A stretch of 64,000 bases of DNA, from the NCBI GenBank assembly GCA_951406725.2, contig OX597816.1, positions 181,412,001 to 181,476,000 on the forward strand. Reading direction: 5' to 3'. The translations under genes and the position numbers were made by a program. The stretch comes from Octopus vulgaris. Lineage: Eukaryota. Shown here piece by piece: positions 12,105 to 22,880 of this stretch. The first letter of the stretch is position 1, and each line of letters opens with the position of its first letter. The notes beneath the pieces were generated by a model. That model ran no database searches. It saw only the letters and a list, made by a program, of their open reading frames with translations, and was not told the origin of the DNA.

Positions 12105-14079
12105 AGAAATTTTTACGGAAATTAAGTATTAAAGGGTTTTTACAGAAAATAAAGTATTATACGATTTGAATCGCAATTAGTCAGTGAACCAAAGAGCCAG
12201 TATCGGAGGAACTAGAAAGAAGCCGTCAACAACATAAAAACACAAAACCGTTGTAAAAGTAAATGAGAAATTTTTACAGAATATAAAGTATTAACGTTTT
12301 GAAGCGCAATTTGTCAGTGAACCAAAGAGCCAGTATCGGAGGAACTAGAAAGAAGACGTAAACAACATAAAAACACAAAACCGTTGTAAAAGTAAATGAA
12401 AAATTTTTACAAAAAATAAAGTATTAAACTAAAGTATTAAAATAAAGTATCGAAGGAACTAGAAAAAAAATGCGCAAAAATACAAAACCGTTGTAAAATT
12501 TTTACGGAAAATAAAGTAGTAGAGGGTTTGAATTGCAATTTGTCAGTGAACCAAAGAGCTTGTATCGAAGGAACTAGAAAGAAGCCGTGAACAACACAAA
12601 AACACAAAACCGTTTGATGAGTAAAGAAGAAATGTTTACAGAAAATAAAGTATTAAAAGGTTTGAATCGCTATTTGTCAGTGAACCAAAGATCCAGTACC
12701 GAAGGAACTAGAAAAAAGCCGTAAACAACAGAAAAACACAAAACCGTTGTAAAGGAAACTAAGAAATTTTTACAGAAACTAAAGTTTATTATCGGTTTGA
12801 AGCGCAATTTGTCGGTGAACGAAAGATCAAGAATCGATGGAACTAAAAAAAGGCGGAAACAACAGAAAAACAGAAAACCGTTGTAAAAGTAAACGAGAAA
12901 TTTTTTCGGAAAAGTAAGTATTAAACGGTTTGAATTGCAATTTGTCAGTGAACGAAAGAGCCAGTATCGAAGGAACTTGAAAAAAGACGTAAATAGCAGA
13001 AAAACAAAACCGTTGTAAAAGTAAATGAGAAATTTTAACGGAAAATAAAATAGTAAACGTTTGAAGCGCAATTTGTCAGTGAACCAAAGATCCAGTATCG
13101 AATGATATAGAAAAAGCCGTTATAACACAAAACCGTTGTAAAACCGTTGTAAAAGTAAACAAGAAATTTTTACAAAAAAAAAGTATTAAACGGTTTGAAG
13201 TTCAATTTATCAGTGAACCAATGAGCCAGTATCGACGGAACTAGAAATATTTACTTTTACAACGGTTTTGTGTTTTTATGTTGTTTCCGACTTTTTTGTA
13301 GTTCCTTCGATACTGGCTTATTGGTTCACTGTCAAATATCGCTCCAGACCGTTTATATTACTTTATTTTCTGTAAAAATGTCTCATATACTTTTACAACG
13401 GTTTGGTGTTTTTCTGTTGTTTACGGCTTTTTTCTAGTTCCATCGATACTGGTTCAAGTTCAGTGAACCAAAGAGCCAGTATCGAAGGAACTACAAAGAA
13501 GCCATAAACAACAGATAAACAAAACCGTTGTAAAAGTAAATAAGAAATTTTTACAGGAATAAAGTATGAAACGGTTTGGAGCGCAATTTGTCTGAACTAA
13601 AGAGCCAGTATCGACGGAACTAGAGAAAAGCCGTAAAAAACCTTTTCATACTTTATTTTCCGTAAAAATTTCTTATCTACTTTTACAATGGTTTTGGGTT
13701 TTTCTTTTAATTCCGACTTTTTTGTAGTTCCTTCGATACTGGCTCTTTGGTTCACTGAACTAGAACCAGTATCGATGGAACTAGAAAAAAGCCGTAAACA
13801 ACAGAAAATCAAGACTGTTGTAAAAGTAAATAAGAAATTTTTACATACGATAACGTATTAAACGGTTTGAAGCGGAATTTGTCAGTGAACCAAAGAGCCA
13901 GTATCGAAGGAACTACAAAAAAGACGGAAACAAGAGAAATAAACCAAACCGTTGTAAAAGTAGATAAGAAATTTTTACGGAAAATAAAGTAGTAAAAGGT
14001 TTGAAGCGCTGGTCAGTGAACCAAAGAGCCAGTATCGAAGGAACTAGGAAAAAGCCGTAAACAACACAAAAACAAAACC

Positions 14080-14564
14080 TATTTCTTTATTACCCACTAG
14101 GGGCCATATAGAGGGGACATTACAAACATTGGGGGACATGGAACATCACAATTACATAGATATGAGTGAAATGAATTTTGAAAATGATATATGAAAGCGG
14201 TGCCACTTACCTGTCCTTTTGTTTTCACTGTCACCTGAATGTTCATTCCCAATACGAAGACCATCCATATCCATTCTAGGTATAACCAAGCTTTCGATCC
14301 ATCATTCTCACTGCCTGTTCCAGTTCCTCCTCAGACGTAGACAAGTCTGTTAGGGAATCAAAGTCCATTTCCTTCTGTCTGACAGACCGAAAACGGCCGC
14401 CCGGACAGAAAAAGTGTAACGCGTAGCACCAGCGAAACGCGAAACCGCATCAACGACGTTCAAAATTTCACAACAACAACAATTCACTTTTTGTTCTTTT
14501 TTCTTTTTTAACCGAATTTTACAGAGCGCAAAAAAACACAACCGTTCAACGCAAAAAAACACGA
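14080..14564 (-). mobile_element. Internally deleted copy 1 of the ORF1-only non-LTR element
   Basis: Near-identical to 17537-17734 joined to 18845-19133. Retains the 5' leader, the ORF1 start (MDFDSLTDLSTSEEE) and the 3' tail. Confidence 0.85.
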
Positions 14565-15292
14565 TCAGTGAACCAAAGAGCCAGTATCGAAGGAACTAGA
14601 AAAAAGCCGTAAACAACAGAAAAACAAAACCGTTGTAAAAGTAAATAAGAAATTTTTTCAGAAAATAAAGTATTAAACGGTTTGAAGTTCAATTTGTCAT
14701 TGAACCAAAGATCCAGTATCGAAGGAACTAGAAAAAAGCCGTAAACAACAGAAAAACAAAACCGTTGTAAAGGTAAATAAGAAATTTTTTCAGAAAATAA
14801 AGTATTAAACGGTTTGAAGTTCAATTTGTCAGTGAACTAAAGATCCAGTATCGAAGGAAATAGAAAAAAGCCGTAAACAACAGAAAAACACCGAATCGTT
14901 GTAAAAGTATATGAACATTTTTTACAGTAAATAAAGTAATAAACGGTTTGTAGCGATATTTGTCAATGAACAAAAGAGCCAGTATCGAAGGAACTATAAA
15001 AAAGCCGTAAACAACAGAAAATCAAGACTGTTGTAAAAGTAAATAAGAAATTTTTACAGAAGATAACGTATTAAACGGTTTGAAGCGGAATTTGTCAGTG
15101 AACCAAAGAGCCAGTATCGAAGGAACTACAAAAAAGACGGAAACAAGAGAAATAAACCAAACCGTTGTAAAAGTAGATAAGAAATTTTTACGGAAAATAA
15201 AGTAGTAAAAGGTTTGAAGCGCTGGTCAGTGAACCAAAGAGCCAGTATCGAAGGAACTAGGAAAAAGCCGTAAACAACACAAAAACAAAACC

Positions 15293-15777
15293 TATTTCTT
15301 TATTACCCACTAGGGGCCATATAGAGGGGACATTACAAACATTGGGGGACATGGAACATCACAATTACATAGATATGAGTAAAATGAATTTTGAAAATGA
15401 TATATGAAAGCGGTGCCACTTACCTGTCCTTTTGTTTTCACTGTCACCTGAATGTTCATTCCCAATACGAAGACCATCCATATCCATTCTAGGTATAACC
15501 AAGCTTTCGATCCATCATTCTCACTGCCTGTTCCAGTTCCTCCTCAGACGTAGACAAGTCTGTTAGGGAATCAAAGTCCATTTCCTTCTGTCTGACAGAC
15601 CGAAAACGGCCGCCCGGACAGAAAAAGTGTAACGCGTAGCACCAGCGAAACGCGAAACCGCATCAACGACGTTCAAAATTTCACAACAACAACAATTCAC
15701 TTTTTGTTCTTTTTTCTTTTTTAACCGAATTTTACAGAGCGCAAAAAAACACAACCGTTCAACGCAAAAAAACACGA
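15293..15777 (-). mobile_element. Internally deleted copy 2 of the ORF1-only element
   Basis: Near-identical to copy 1, offset by 1213 bp. Confidence 0.85.
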
Positions 15778-16505
15778 TCAGTGAACCAAAGAGCCAGTAT
15801 CGAAGGAACTAGAAAAAAGCCGTAAACAACAGAAAAACAAAACCGTTGTAAAAGTAAATAAGAAATTTTTTCAGAAAATAAAGTATTAAACGGTTTGAAG
15901 TTCAATTTGTCATTGAACCAAAGATCCAGTATCGAAGGAACTAGAAAAAAGCCGTAAACAACAGAAAAACAAAACCGTTGTAAAGGTAAATAAGAAATTT
16001 TTTCAGAAAATAAAGTATTAAACGGTTTGAAGTTCAATTTGTCATTGAACCAAAGATCCAGTATCGAAGGAACTAGAAAAAAGCCGTAAACAACAGAAAA
16101 ACACCGAATCGTTGTAAAAGTATATGAACATTTTTTACAGAAAATAAAGTAATAAACGGTTTGTAGCGATATTTGTCAATGAACCAAAGAGCCAGTATCG
16201 AAGGAACTATAAAAAAGCCGTAAACAACAGAAAATCAAGACTGTTGTAAAAGTAAATAAGAAATTTTTACAGAAGATAACGTATTAAACGGTTTGAAGCG
16301 GAATTTGTCAGTGAACCAAAGAGCCAGTATCGAAGGAACTACAAAAAAGACGGAAACAAGAGAAATAAACCAAACCGTTGTAAAAGTAGATAAGAAATTT
16401 TTACGGAAAATAAAGTAGTAAAAGGTTTGAAGCGCTGGTCAGTGAACCAAAGAGCCAGTATCGAAGGAACTAGGAAAAAGCCGTAAACAACACAAAAACA
16501 AAACC

Positions 16506-16965
16506 TATTTCTTTATTACCCACTAGGGGCCATATAGAGGGGACATTACAAACATTGGGGGACATGGAACATCACAATTACATAGATATGAGTAAAATGA
16601 ATTTTGAAAATGATATATGAAAGCGGTGCCACTTACCTGTCCTTTTGTTTTCACTGTCACCTGAATGTTCATTCCCAATACGAAGACCATCCATATCCAT
16701 TCTAGGTATAACCAAGCTTTCGATCCATCATTCAAACGTAGACAAGTCTGTTAGGGAATCAAAGTCCATTTCCTTCTGTCTGACAGACCGAAAACGGCCG
16801 CCCGAACAGAAAAAGTGTAACGCGTAGCACCAGCGAAACGCGAAACCGCATCAACGACGTTCAAAATTTCACAACAACAACCATTCACTTTTTGTTCTTT
16901 TTTCTTTTTTAACCGAATTTCACAGAGCGCAAAAAAACACAACCGTTCAACGCAAAAAAACACGA
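16506..16965 (-). mobile_element. Internally deleted copy 3 of the ORF1-only element, with an extra ~25-bp deletion
   Basis: Same junction CCATTC-TAGGTATAACC as copies 1 and 2. Lacks TCACTGCCTGTTCCAGTTCCTCCTC near 16733. Confidence 0.85.
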
Positions 16966-17536
16966 TCAGTGAACCAAAGAGCCAGTATCGAAGGAACTAG
17001 AAAAAAGCCGTAAACAACAAAAACAAAACCGTTGTAAAAGTAAATAAGAAATTTTTTCAGAAAATAAAGTATTAAACGGTTTGAAGTTCAATTTGTCATA
17101 GAACCAAAGAGCCAGTATCGAAGGAAATAGAAAAAAGCCGTAAACAACAGAAAAACACAAAACCGTTGTAAAAGTAAACAAAAATTTTTTACAAAAAATA
17201 ACGTATTAAACGGTTTGAAGCGCAATTTGTCAAGGAACTAGAAAAAAGCCGTAAACAACAGAAAAACAAAACCGTTGTAAAGGTAAATAAGAAATTTTTA
17301 CATACGATAACGTATTAAACGGTTTGAAGCGGAATTTGTCAGTGAACCAAAGAGCCAGTATCGAAGGAACTACAAAAAAGACGGAAACAAGAGAAATAAA
17401 CCAAACCGTTGTAAAAGTAGATAAGAAATTTTTACGGAAAATAAAGTAGTAAAAGGTTTGAAGCGCTGGTCAGTGAACCAAAGAGCCAGTATCGAAGGAA
17501 CTAGGAAAAAGCCGTAAACAACACAAAAACAAAACC

Positions 17537-19133
17537 TATTTCTTTATTACCCACTAGGGGCCATATAGAGGGGACATTACAAACATTGGGGGACATGGAA
17601 CATCACAATTACATAGATATGAGTAAATTGAATTTTGAAAATAATATATGAAAGCGGTGCCACTTACCTGTCCTTTTGTTTTCACTGTCATCTGAATGTT
17701 CATTCCCAATACGAAGACCATCCATATCCATTCTTACTCCGAAATACTCCTCCATATTTTCCACGAATTCATCGCTCATTCTTGTATCTTTCACCTCCCA
17801 ATTCTCCCTTTCACACCTCAACGCAAACTCATCTATATTCTTCTTTTCCAGCACTGCATATCTGGTCTCACCTATTTATACTCCTCCATTACCCTTTTCA
17901 CTTCTTTCTGTTCAGTCATAATATAAATGTTCGGCCTGGGTTCGATTTCAAACTCTTGTCTGTCTGTATTATTTTTTTCTTTTGTTTTCTTGTTGGAGGG
18001 GAGCGGGTGGGTTCACTGTCTGCAGGGATAGGGTGGGTCTGAGAGGGTGTGGGTGGTGTTGGGGTGGATTGGTGTTCTATGTTATTTTCTTTTCCTCGTA
18101 TTCTCCTCTTCCTCTTATTCCCAGCTTCCTTCCATTTCTGTGAATTCTCTTCTACTGTCTCCTTCTCCTCTGGTTTCTGCTTCTCTCTCTGTGGTTCGGA
18201 ATCCATTTCTTTCACTGAGGGAGGGCAGAAGGCTCTTATGTGACCCCTCAGGCCACACTTGTAACAACGTGGAGCTCTGCCCTCCACCCCACACTCTCAT
18301 GATCACGTCTCCCAATCTGATGCTTTCCGCCAGGTCCACCAGTACCTCGTTCTCTGCTTGCACGTTCAGCTCCACTGTTACGCCTCTCCAGCCCTCGGTC
18401 ATAACCGAGGCATGGAGAATATCCACTTCCTCCTCGTGGCCGCTGATCACAGCCGCCACAATCCACTCTGCCTCCACGTTTGGTGGCACTCCCTCGACCT
18501 TTACTCGTGTAATTTTTCTGTTTAAATACGTAGGCAAAAGTGTTACCTTTTCGGATTTCACCGCCTTCGCCGCCATCTTCCTTGCTGCATTCTCACTTTG
18601 AAAATGTACCACTACAGTACCATACTTTGATCCTCGAGTCAGAAAATTAATTTCCTCCATTCCATGTTTACAACTTCTATCTTCTTCCTTTCGTTTGCGA
18701 AAACCCTGTATATAATGGTCCTTTTATCATACCATTCTTTTCTCTTGGGTGTCGGTGCTAGTTCCACCTCACCGCTATCCTTTTTCATATATTTCTGGTA
18801 ACTTGGCACCCCTTTCTCTTCCGCCTTCTTGGTTACACCGGCATAGGTATAACCAAGCTTACGATCCATCATTCTCACTGCCTGTTCCAGTTCCTCCTCA
18901 GACGTAGACAAGTCTGTTAGGGAATCAAAGTCCATTTCCTTCTGTCTGACAGACCGAAAACGGCCGCCCGAACAGAAAAAGTGTAACGCGTAGCACCAGC
19001 GAAACGCGAAACCGCATCAACGACGTTCAAAATTTCACAACAACAACCATTCACTTTTTGTTCTTTTTTCTTTTTTAACCGAATTTCACAGAGCGCAAAA
19101 AAACACAACCGTTCAACGCAAAAAAAAACACGA
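17537..19133 (-). mobile_element. ORF1-only (HAL1-like) non-autonomous L1/Tx1-type retroelement, longest copy
   Basis: 5' leader, a frameshifted ORF1, then a short 3' UTR ending GCCCCTAGTGGGTAATAAAGAAATA. There is no ORF2 between ORF1 and the tail. Confidence 0.75.
17609..18935 (-). pseudogene. L1/Tx1-type ORF1 (gag-like RNA-binding protein with RRM-like region and zinc knuckle), frameshifted
   Basis: ORFs 18639-18935, 18115-18660, 17916-18287 and 17609-17854 chain together. Motifs GTVVVHFQSENAA and ITRVKVEGVPPNV; CCHC knuckle CYKCGLRGHIRAFC. Confidence 0.8.
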
Positions 19134-19533
19134 TCAGTGAACCAAAGAGCCAGTATCGGAAAAAACTTGAAAAAAGCCGTAAACAACAGAAAAACAAAAC
19201 CGTTGTAAAGGTAAATAAGAAATTTTTTCAGAAAATAAAGTATTAAACGGTTTGAAGCGCAATTTTTCACTGACCCAAAGAGCCAGTATCGAAGGAAATA
19301 GAAAAAAGCCGTAAACAACAGAAAATCAAGACTGTTGTAAAAGTAAATAAGAAATTTTTACAGAAGATAACGTATTAAACGGTTTGAAGCGGAATTTGTC
19401 AGTGAACCAAAGAGCCAGTATCGAAGGAACTACAAAAAAGACGGAAACAAGAGAAATAAACCAAACCGTTGTAAAAGTAGATAAGAAATTTTTACGGAAA
19501 ATAAAGTAGTAAAAGGTTTGAAGCGCTGGTCAG

Positions 19534-22259
19534 GGAAACTACTCTAGTTAAGGAATTAGAGGAAGCCATGAAAACTGGCTCTGCGGCTCAGGTGGCGTCC
19601 AAGAGACTGGTGTTAAACCAGCACCTCGAGGCCAAACACATGGGCTGCATTGTCAGGGCTAGAATCCGTCATATGGGATGTGAAGGAATCAACGCCGTGA
19701 GATGGGCCCGAGTGGTGGAAGCCCGGAATGGCAACGATGCCACGATTCGATCTTTGAAGAACCAACAAGGTGAGTTGATAGACGAACCCGAGGAGATGTG
19801 TGAGGCCTTTCAGGAGCACTTCGCTCAGCTTTTCGGTGAGTGCGGCGGGCTGGATAGGAGGAGGGCCTTTACGGACCTACTCGACGGGCTGCCGCGCTTA
19901 TCGGGGCGAGATGCGGAGGGCTGTGAAGGGCCAATCACGCCTGAGGAGGTGGTGGAGGCAATGGTTGACTGCGGCGCGGGCAAGGCGCCGGGTTTGGATG
20001 GTCTACCCTACGAGTTATATAAGAGTATGCCAGACTTGTTCGGGCACCTACTGGCGGAGGTCTATGCGAACTGGCAGCAGAACGGGCTTATACCCAGATC
20101 TGTGCGCCGGGGAGTGGTGACTCTCGTCAGAAAGGACCCGAGCAAGGGGGAGTGCATTGATAATTTCAGGCCCATCACTCTGCTAAACACAGAGTTGAAG
20201 ATTTTGGCCAAAGTGTTATCGAAAAGATTGGCGCGTGTCGCGGATGGTCTGATCGGAGAGGCACAGACATGTGCCGTTCCGGGCAGATCCATTCAGGATA
20301 ATCTCCATCTAATGCGGTACACTATAGAGGGGTTTAATAATGATTCTGGCAAGGGTGGGGTACTGGTCCATTTAGACCAATCTAAAGCCTTTGATAGGGT
20401 CGACCATCGTTACCTGGTATCTGCCCTGGCACAGTTCGGGCTGAGCCTTGGCTTCCTCAGGTGGATTATCCAAATTTACGACAACATCGACTCGGTAGTT
20501 CGGGTGAACGGCTTCTTGTCGAAGCCGTTCAAAATCAAACGCTCGGTTCGTCAAGGGTGTCCGCTCTCCCCGCTTTTGTATGTGATGGCTCTTGAGCCAT
20601 TACTGCGAAAACTGAGCGGCATCCCGAGACGGCCAGGTAATGGAAAATCAGTGTCAGCGTACGCGGACGACATCACCATCATCGTGACCGAAATGGACCA
20701 CCTATGTAAAGTAGGCAAGGCCATAGAGGTTTACGAGACGGTGACAGGAGCAAAAGTTAATCGCGAAAAGTCAGTCGGCTTGCAACTCGGCACCTGGAGA
20801 GGCAAGTCGATGCCTCCTGACAGCGTCGTGGGACGTTGGACGGAGGGTCCGATTAAACTGCTAGGGGTCTGGTTCGGTCCAGACCTCCAAATAGAGAAGA
20901 ATTGGGGCGAGGTAACGAGCAAGGTGGCTGCAGTAGCCAAGACCTGGTCTTGGCGGTGGCTATCCTTGAAAGGGAGGGCGGAGGTGGCCAATGTGTTTAT
21001 CGCATCGGTTATCACCTACCGCCTTTCCGTCGTTCCTTGCCCCGATTCGTGGTTGACCAAGTTGGAAAGACAGCTCTTCTACTTCTTGTGGAAGGGTAGG
21101 AAACCACTTGTGAAACGCTCTACTTGCTGTCAACAACCGTTAAAGGGTGGGCTAGGGATGCCTTGGCTGATGATGCGCAGACATGCGCTGAGGTTAAGAC
21201 ATCTGTGGCTCTACCTGGATGGTGAACGGGTGTGGTCTCCGTTAGCAAAACTGATGTTTCCCAAGTTCACTAGTTTCGGTGGACGGGAAACCTGGCCGAA
21301 TCGTAGATCGAAACTTGGTACATGGCATACGGAGTGTCGCAAGGCTCTCCTGCTATTCCGTCGCTCGGGCAACGCCTGCGGTGGGGGTTCCACCACATTC
21401 TTCTATAGAGGGTTGGTAGAGGCGAAATGTGAAGACACCTTGGGGGAAACCCTGGGTCTCGATGATAATCAGCTGGCCAGTCTGTTCCGACGTACGTTCG
21501 AGCCGAAGACACTGGACAACTTCCAGAAGTCTCTGGCATGGCAATGCTACAGAGGAGCTCTACCTGTTCGGGATAAACTCGCAAGGCACGGTGGCCAAGA
21601 CAGTCCGATGTGTCCAAGATGCGGGCGGGATAGGGAAACCGTCCCGCACGCTATTGTTCATTGTTCGGTCGTGTCTGAGGTGTGGGTTTATGCCGAACAG
21701 CTGTTGTCAAGCACACGAAGAGTACAGCTGTCGACTGAGTGTATTAAAAAAATTGACCCACCAGATTTCCTCGCGAAAGAAGGTAAGAATTGTTTTCTCG
21801 TTGTGGTTGCAATTGCGAAAGAGGTGATATGGAAGACGAGAATGAAAGGTATACGGTCAGGTAAGTTCATATCCGGCCCTGGGTTGATGAATTACTTCAT
21901 CTACCACCTGAAAAGGAAGATAGGGCTGGAGAGAAAATGCCTGACTAAAAGAGTGTATGAAGAACGATGGAAGGATGTAGCACGGAAGTTGAGAATGGAT
22001 GACACCACATAAATGTAAATCAGAACGAAACCAAAAGTATCAGTGGTGAGGCGGGGCTCGTGGGGTCCGAGCTGAACCCGCCCCCACTCCACCTGTAATG
22101 TATTCCGGTCTGTTTTTTTCATTCGATTTTATAATTTTTGCATTTTTGTGAATTTTTGAATTTTTAATCTCATCCTTTTTGTAACCCCATCCGAGAATCT
22201 GACCCCATATCAGGTTGTATTGTCCCCTCTTTGTTGGCCCCTTGTGGGTAATAAAACAG
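19534..22259 (+). mobile_element. 5'-truncated Tx1/L1 LINE including its 3' UTR
   Basis: Starts abruptly after satellite GAAGCGCTGGTCAG. The 3' UTR ends TGTCCCCTCTTTGTTGGCCCCTTGTGGGTAATAAAACAG. Confidence 0.88.
19568..22012 (+). CDS. Non-LTR retrotransposon ORF2 (L1/Tx1 clade): RT plus C-terminal CCHC, with the APE endonuclease lost by 5' truncation
   Basis: 814-aa open frame with KAPGLDG, NFRPITLLNTELKILAK, LDQSKAFDRVDH, VRQGCPLSPLLY, AYADD, LSLKGR, KGGLG and CPRCGRDRETVPHAIVHC. Confidence 0.95.
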   Translation: MKTGSAAQVASKRLVLNQHLEAKHMGCIVRARIRHMGCEGINAVRWARVVEARNGNDATIRSLKNQQGELIDEPEEMCEAFQEHFAQLFGECGGLDRRRAFTDLLDGLPRLSGRDAEGCEGPITPEEVVEAMVDCGAGKAPGLDGLPYELYKSMPDLFGHLLAEVYANWQQNGLIPRSVRRGVVTLVRKDPSKGECIDNFRPITLLNTELKILAKVLSKRLARVADGLIGEAQTCAVPGRSIQDNLHLMRYTIEGFNNDSGKGGVLVHLDQSKAFDRVDHRYLVSALAQFGLSLGFLRWIIQIYDNIDSVVRVNGFLSKPFKIKRSVRQGCPLSPLLYVMALEPLLRKLSGIPRRPGNGKSVSAYADDITIIVTEMDHLCKVGKAIEVYETVTGAKVNREKSVGLQLGTWRGKSMPPDSVVGRWTEGPIKLLGVWFGPDLQIEKNWGEVTSKVAAVAKTWSWRWLSLKGRAEVANVFIASVITYRLSVVPCPDSWLTKLERQLFYFLWKGRKPLVKRSTCCQQPLKGGLGMPWLMMRRHALRLRHLWLYLDGERVWSPLAKLMFPKFTSFGGRETWPNRRSKLGTWHTECRKALLLFRRSGNACGGGSTTFFYRGLVEAKCEDTLGETLGLDDNQLASLFRRTFEPKTLDNFQKSLAWQCYRGALPVRDKLARHGGQDSPMCPRCGRDRETVPHAIVHCSVVSEVWVYAEQLLSSTRRVQLSTECIKKIDPPDFLAKEGKNCFLVVVAIAKEVIWKTRMKGIRSGKFISGPGLMNYFIYHLKRKIGLERKCLTKRVYEERWKDVARKLRMDDTT

Positions 22260-22780
22260 CTACGTAAGGTTGGTAGTTTATTTATGATGTGTTCAGAATC
22301 AGTTCTGCTGACGATCATTAGACGTAAGTTGAATGTGAAATCACGGTGATACAGAACTAAATTCATTTTTTAAATGTCTTGCTTTGAAAAACTGCATTTG
22401 GGTATGATTAGTATAATTTTGGTAGTAATGACTTTGTCCCTCCTAGTGTGAGGCATTTATGTGTAATAATGCCCTCTATACAATATAGATATAATTAATT
22501 TGTTCAAAAGAAAAAAATTATTTTCGGATTCTTTTCTTTTATGAGGTTTTCACGCTAGCTACCCGATAATTTCTTGTTAAGATCCCTTATTAAGAGATTA
22601 TCCTTAATTGTTAAACTTATTCCGAAATACTTTTCATTACCCGATATGCAGTTCGTAAAAAGCCCGCCATTTACCGGATATATGATTTATAAACATTACA
22701 TGTGCTTGGCCGGAGTGAGCAGTTGTCTATTCGTCATCGCTACGTAAGGTTGGTAGTTTATTTATGATGTGTTCAGAATC

Positions 22781-22880
22781 NNNNNNNNNNNNNNNNNNNN
22801 NNNNNNNNNNNNNNNNNNNNNNNNNNNNNNNNNNNNNNNNNNNNNNNNNNNNNNNNNNNNNNNNNNNNNNNNNNNNNNNN
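22781..22880. other. Assembly gap (100 N)
   Basis: Run of N. Confidence 1.

Larger units (their letters stand above)
12105..19533 (-). repeat. Same satellite in reverse orientation, with two short re-inverted blocks (~13248-13455, ~13643-13757) and interspersed ORF1-only elements
   Basis: GTCAGTGAACCAAAGAGCCAGTATCGAAGGAACTAG is the reverse complement of the monomer. Confidence 0.93.

Noticed and set aside
3532-17181. Phe/Leu-rich membrane-like ORFs
   Set aside because: They are translations of the T-rich satellite monomer.
17734-18845. The shared 1.1-kb deletion as a spliced intron
   Set aside because: The sense-strand 5' boundary is not GT. It looks like a deletion with minimal microhomology.
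17537-22259. ORF1 (minus) plus ORF2 (plus) as one 5'-inverted, twin-primed LINE
   Set aside because: The inverted ORF1 segment ends in its own distinct 3' tail and polyA signal, is repeated four times and contains no APE sequence. Twin priming predicts it should end near the ORF2 breakpoint.
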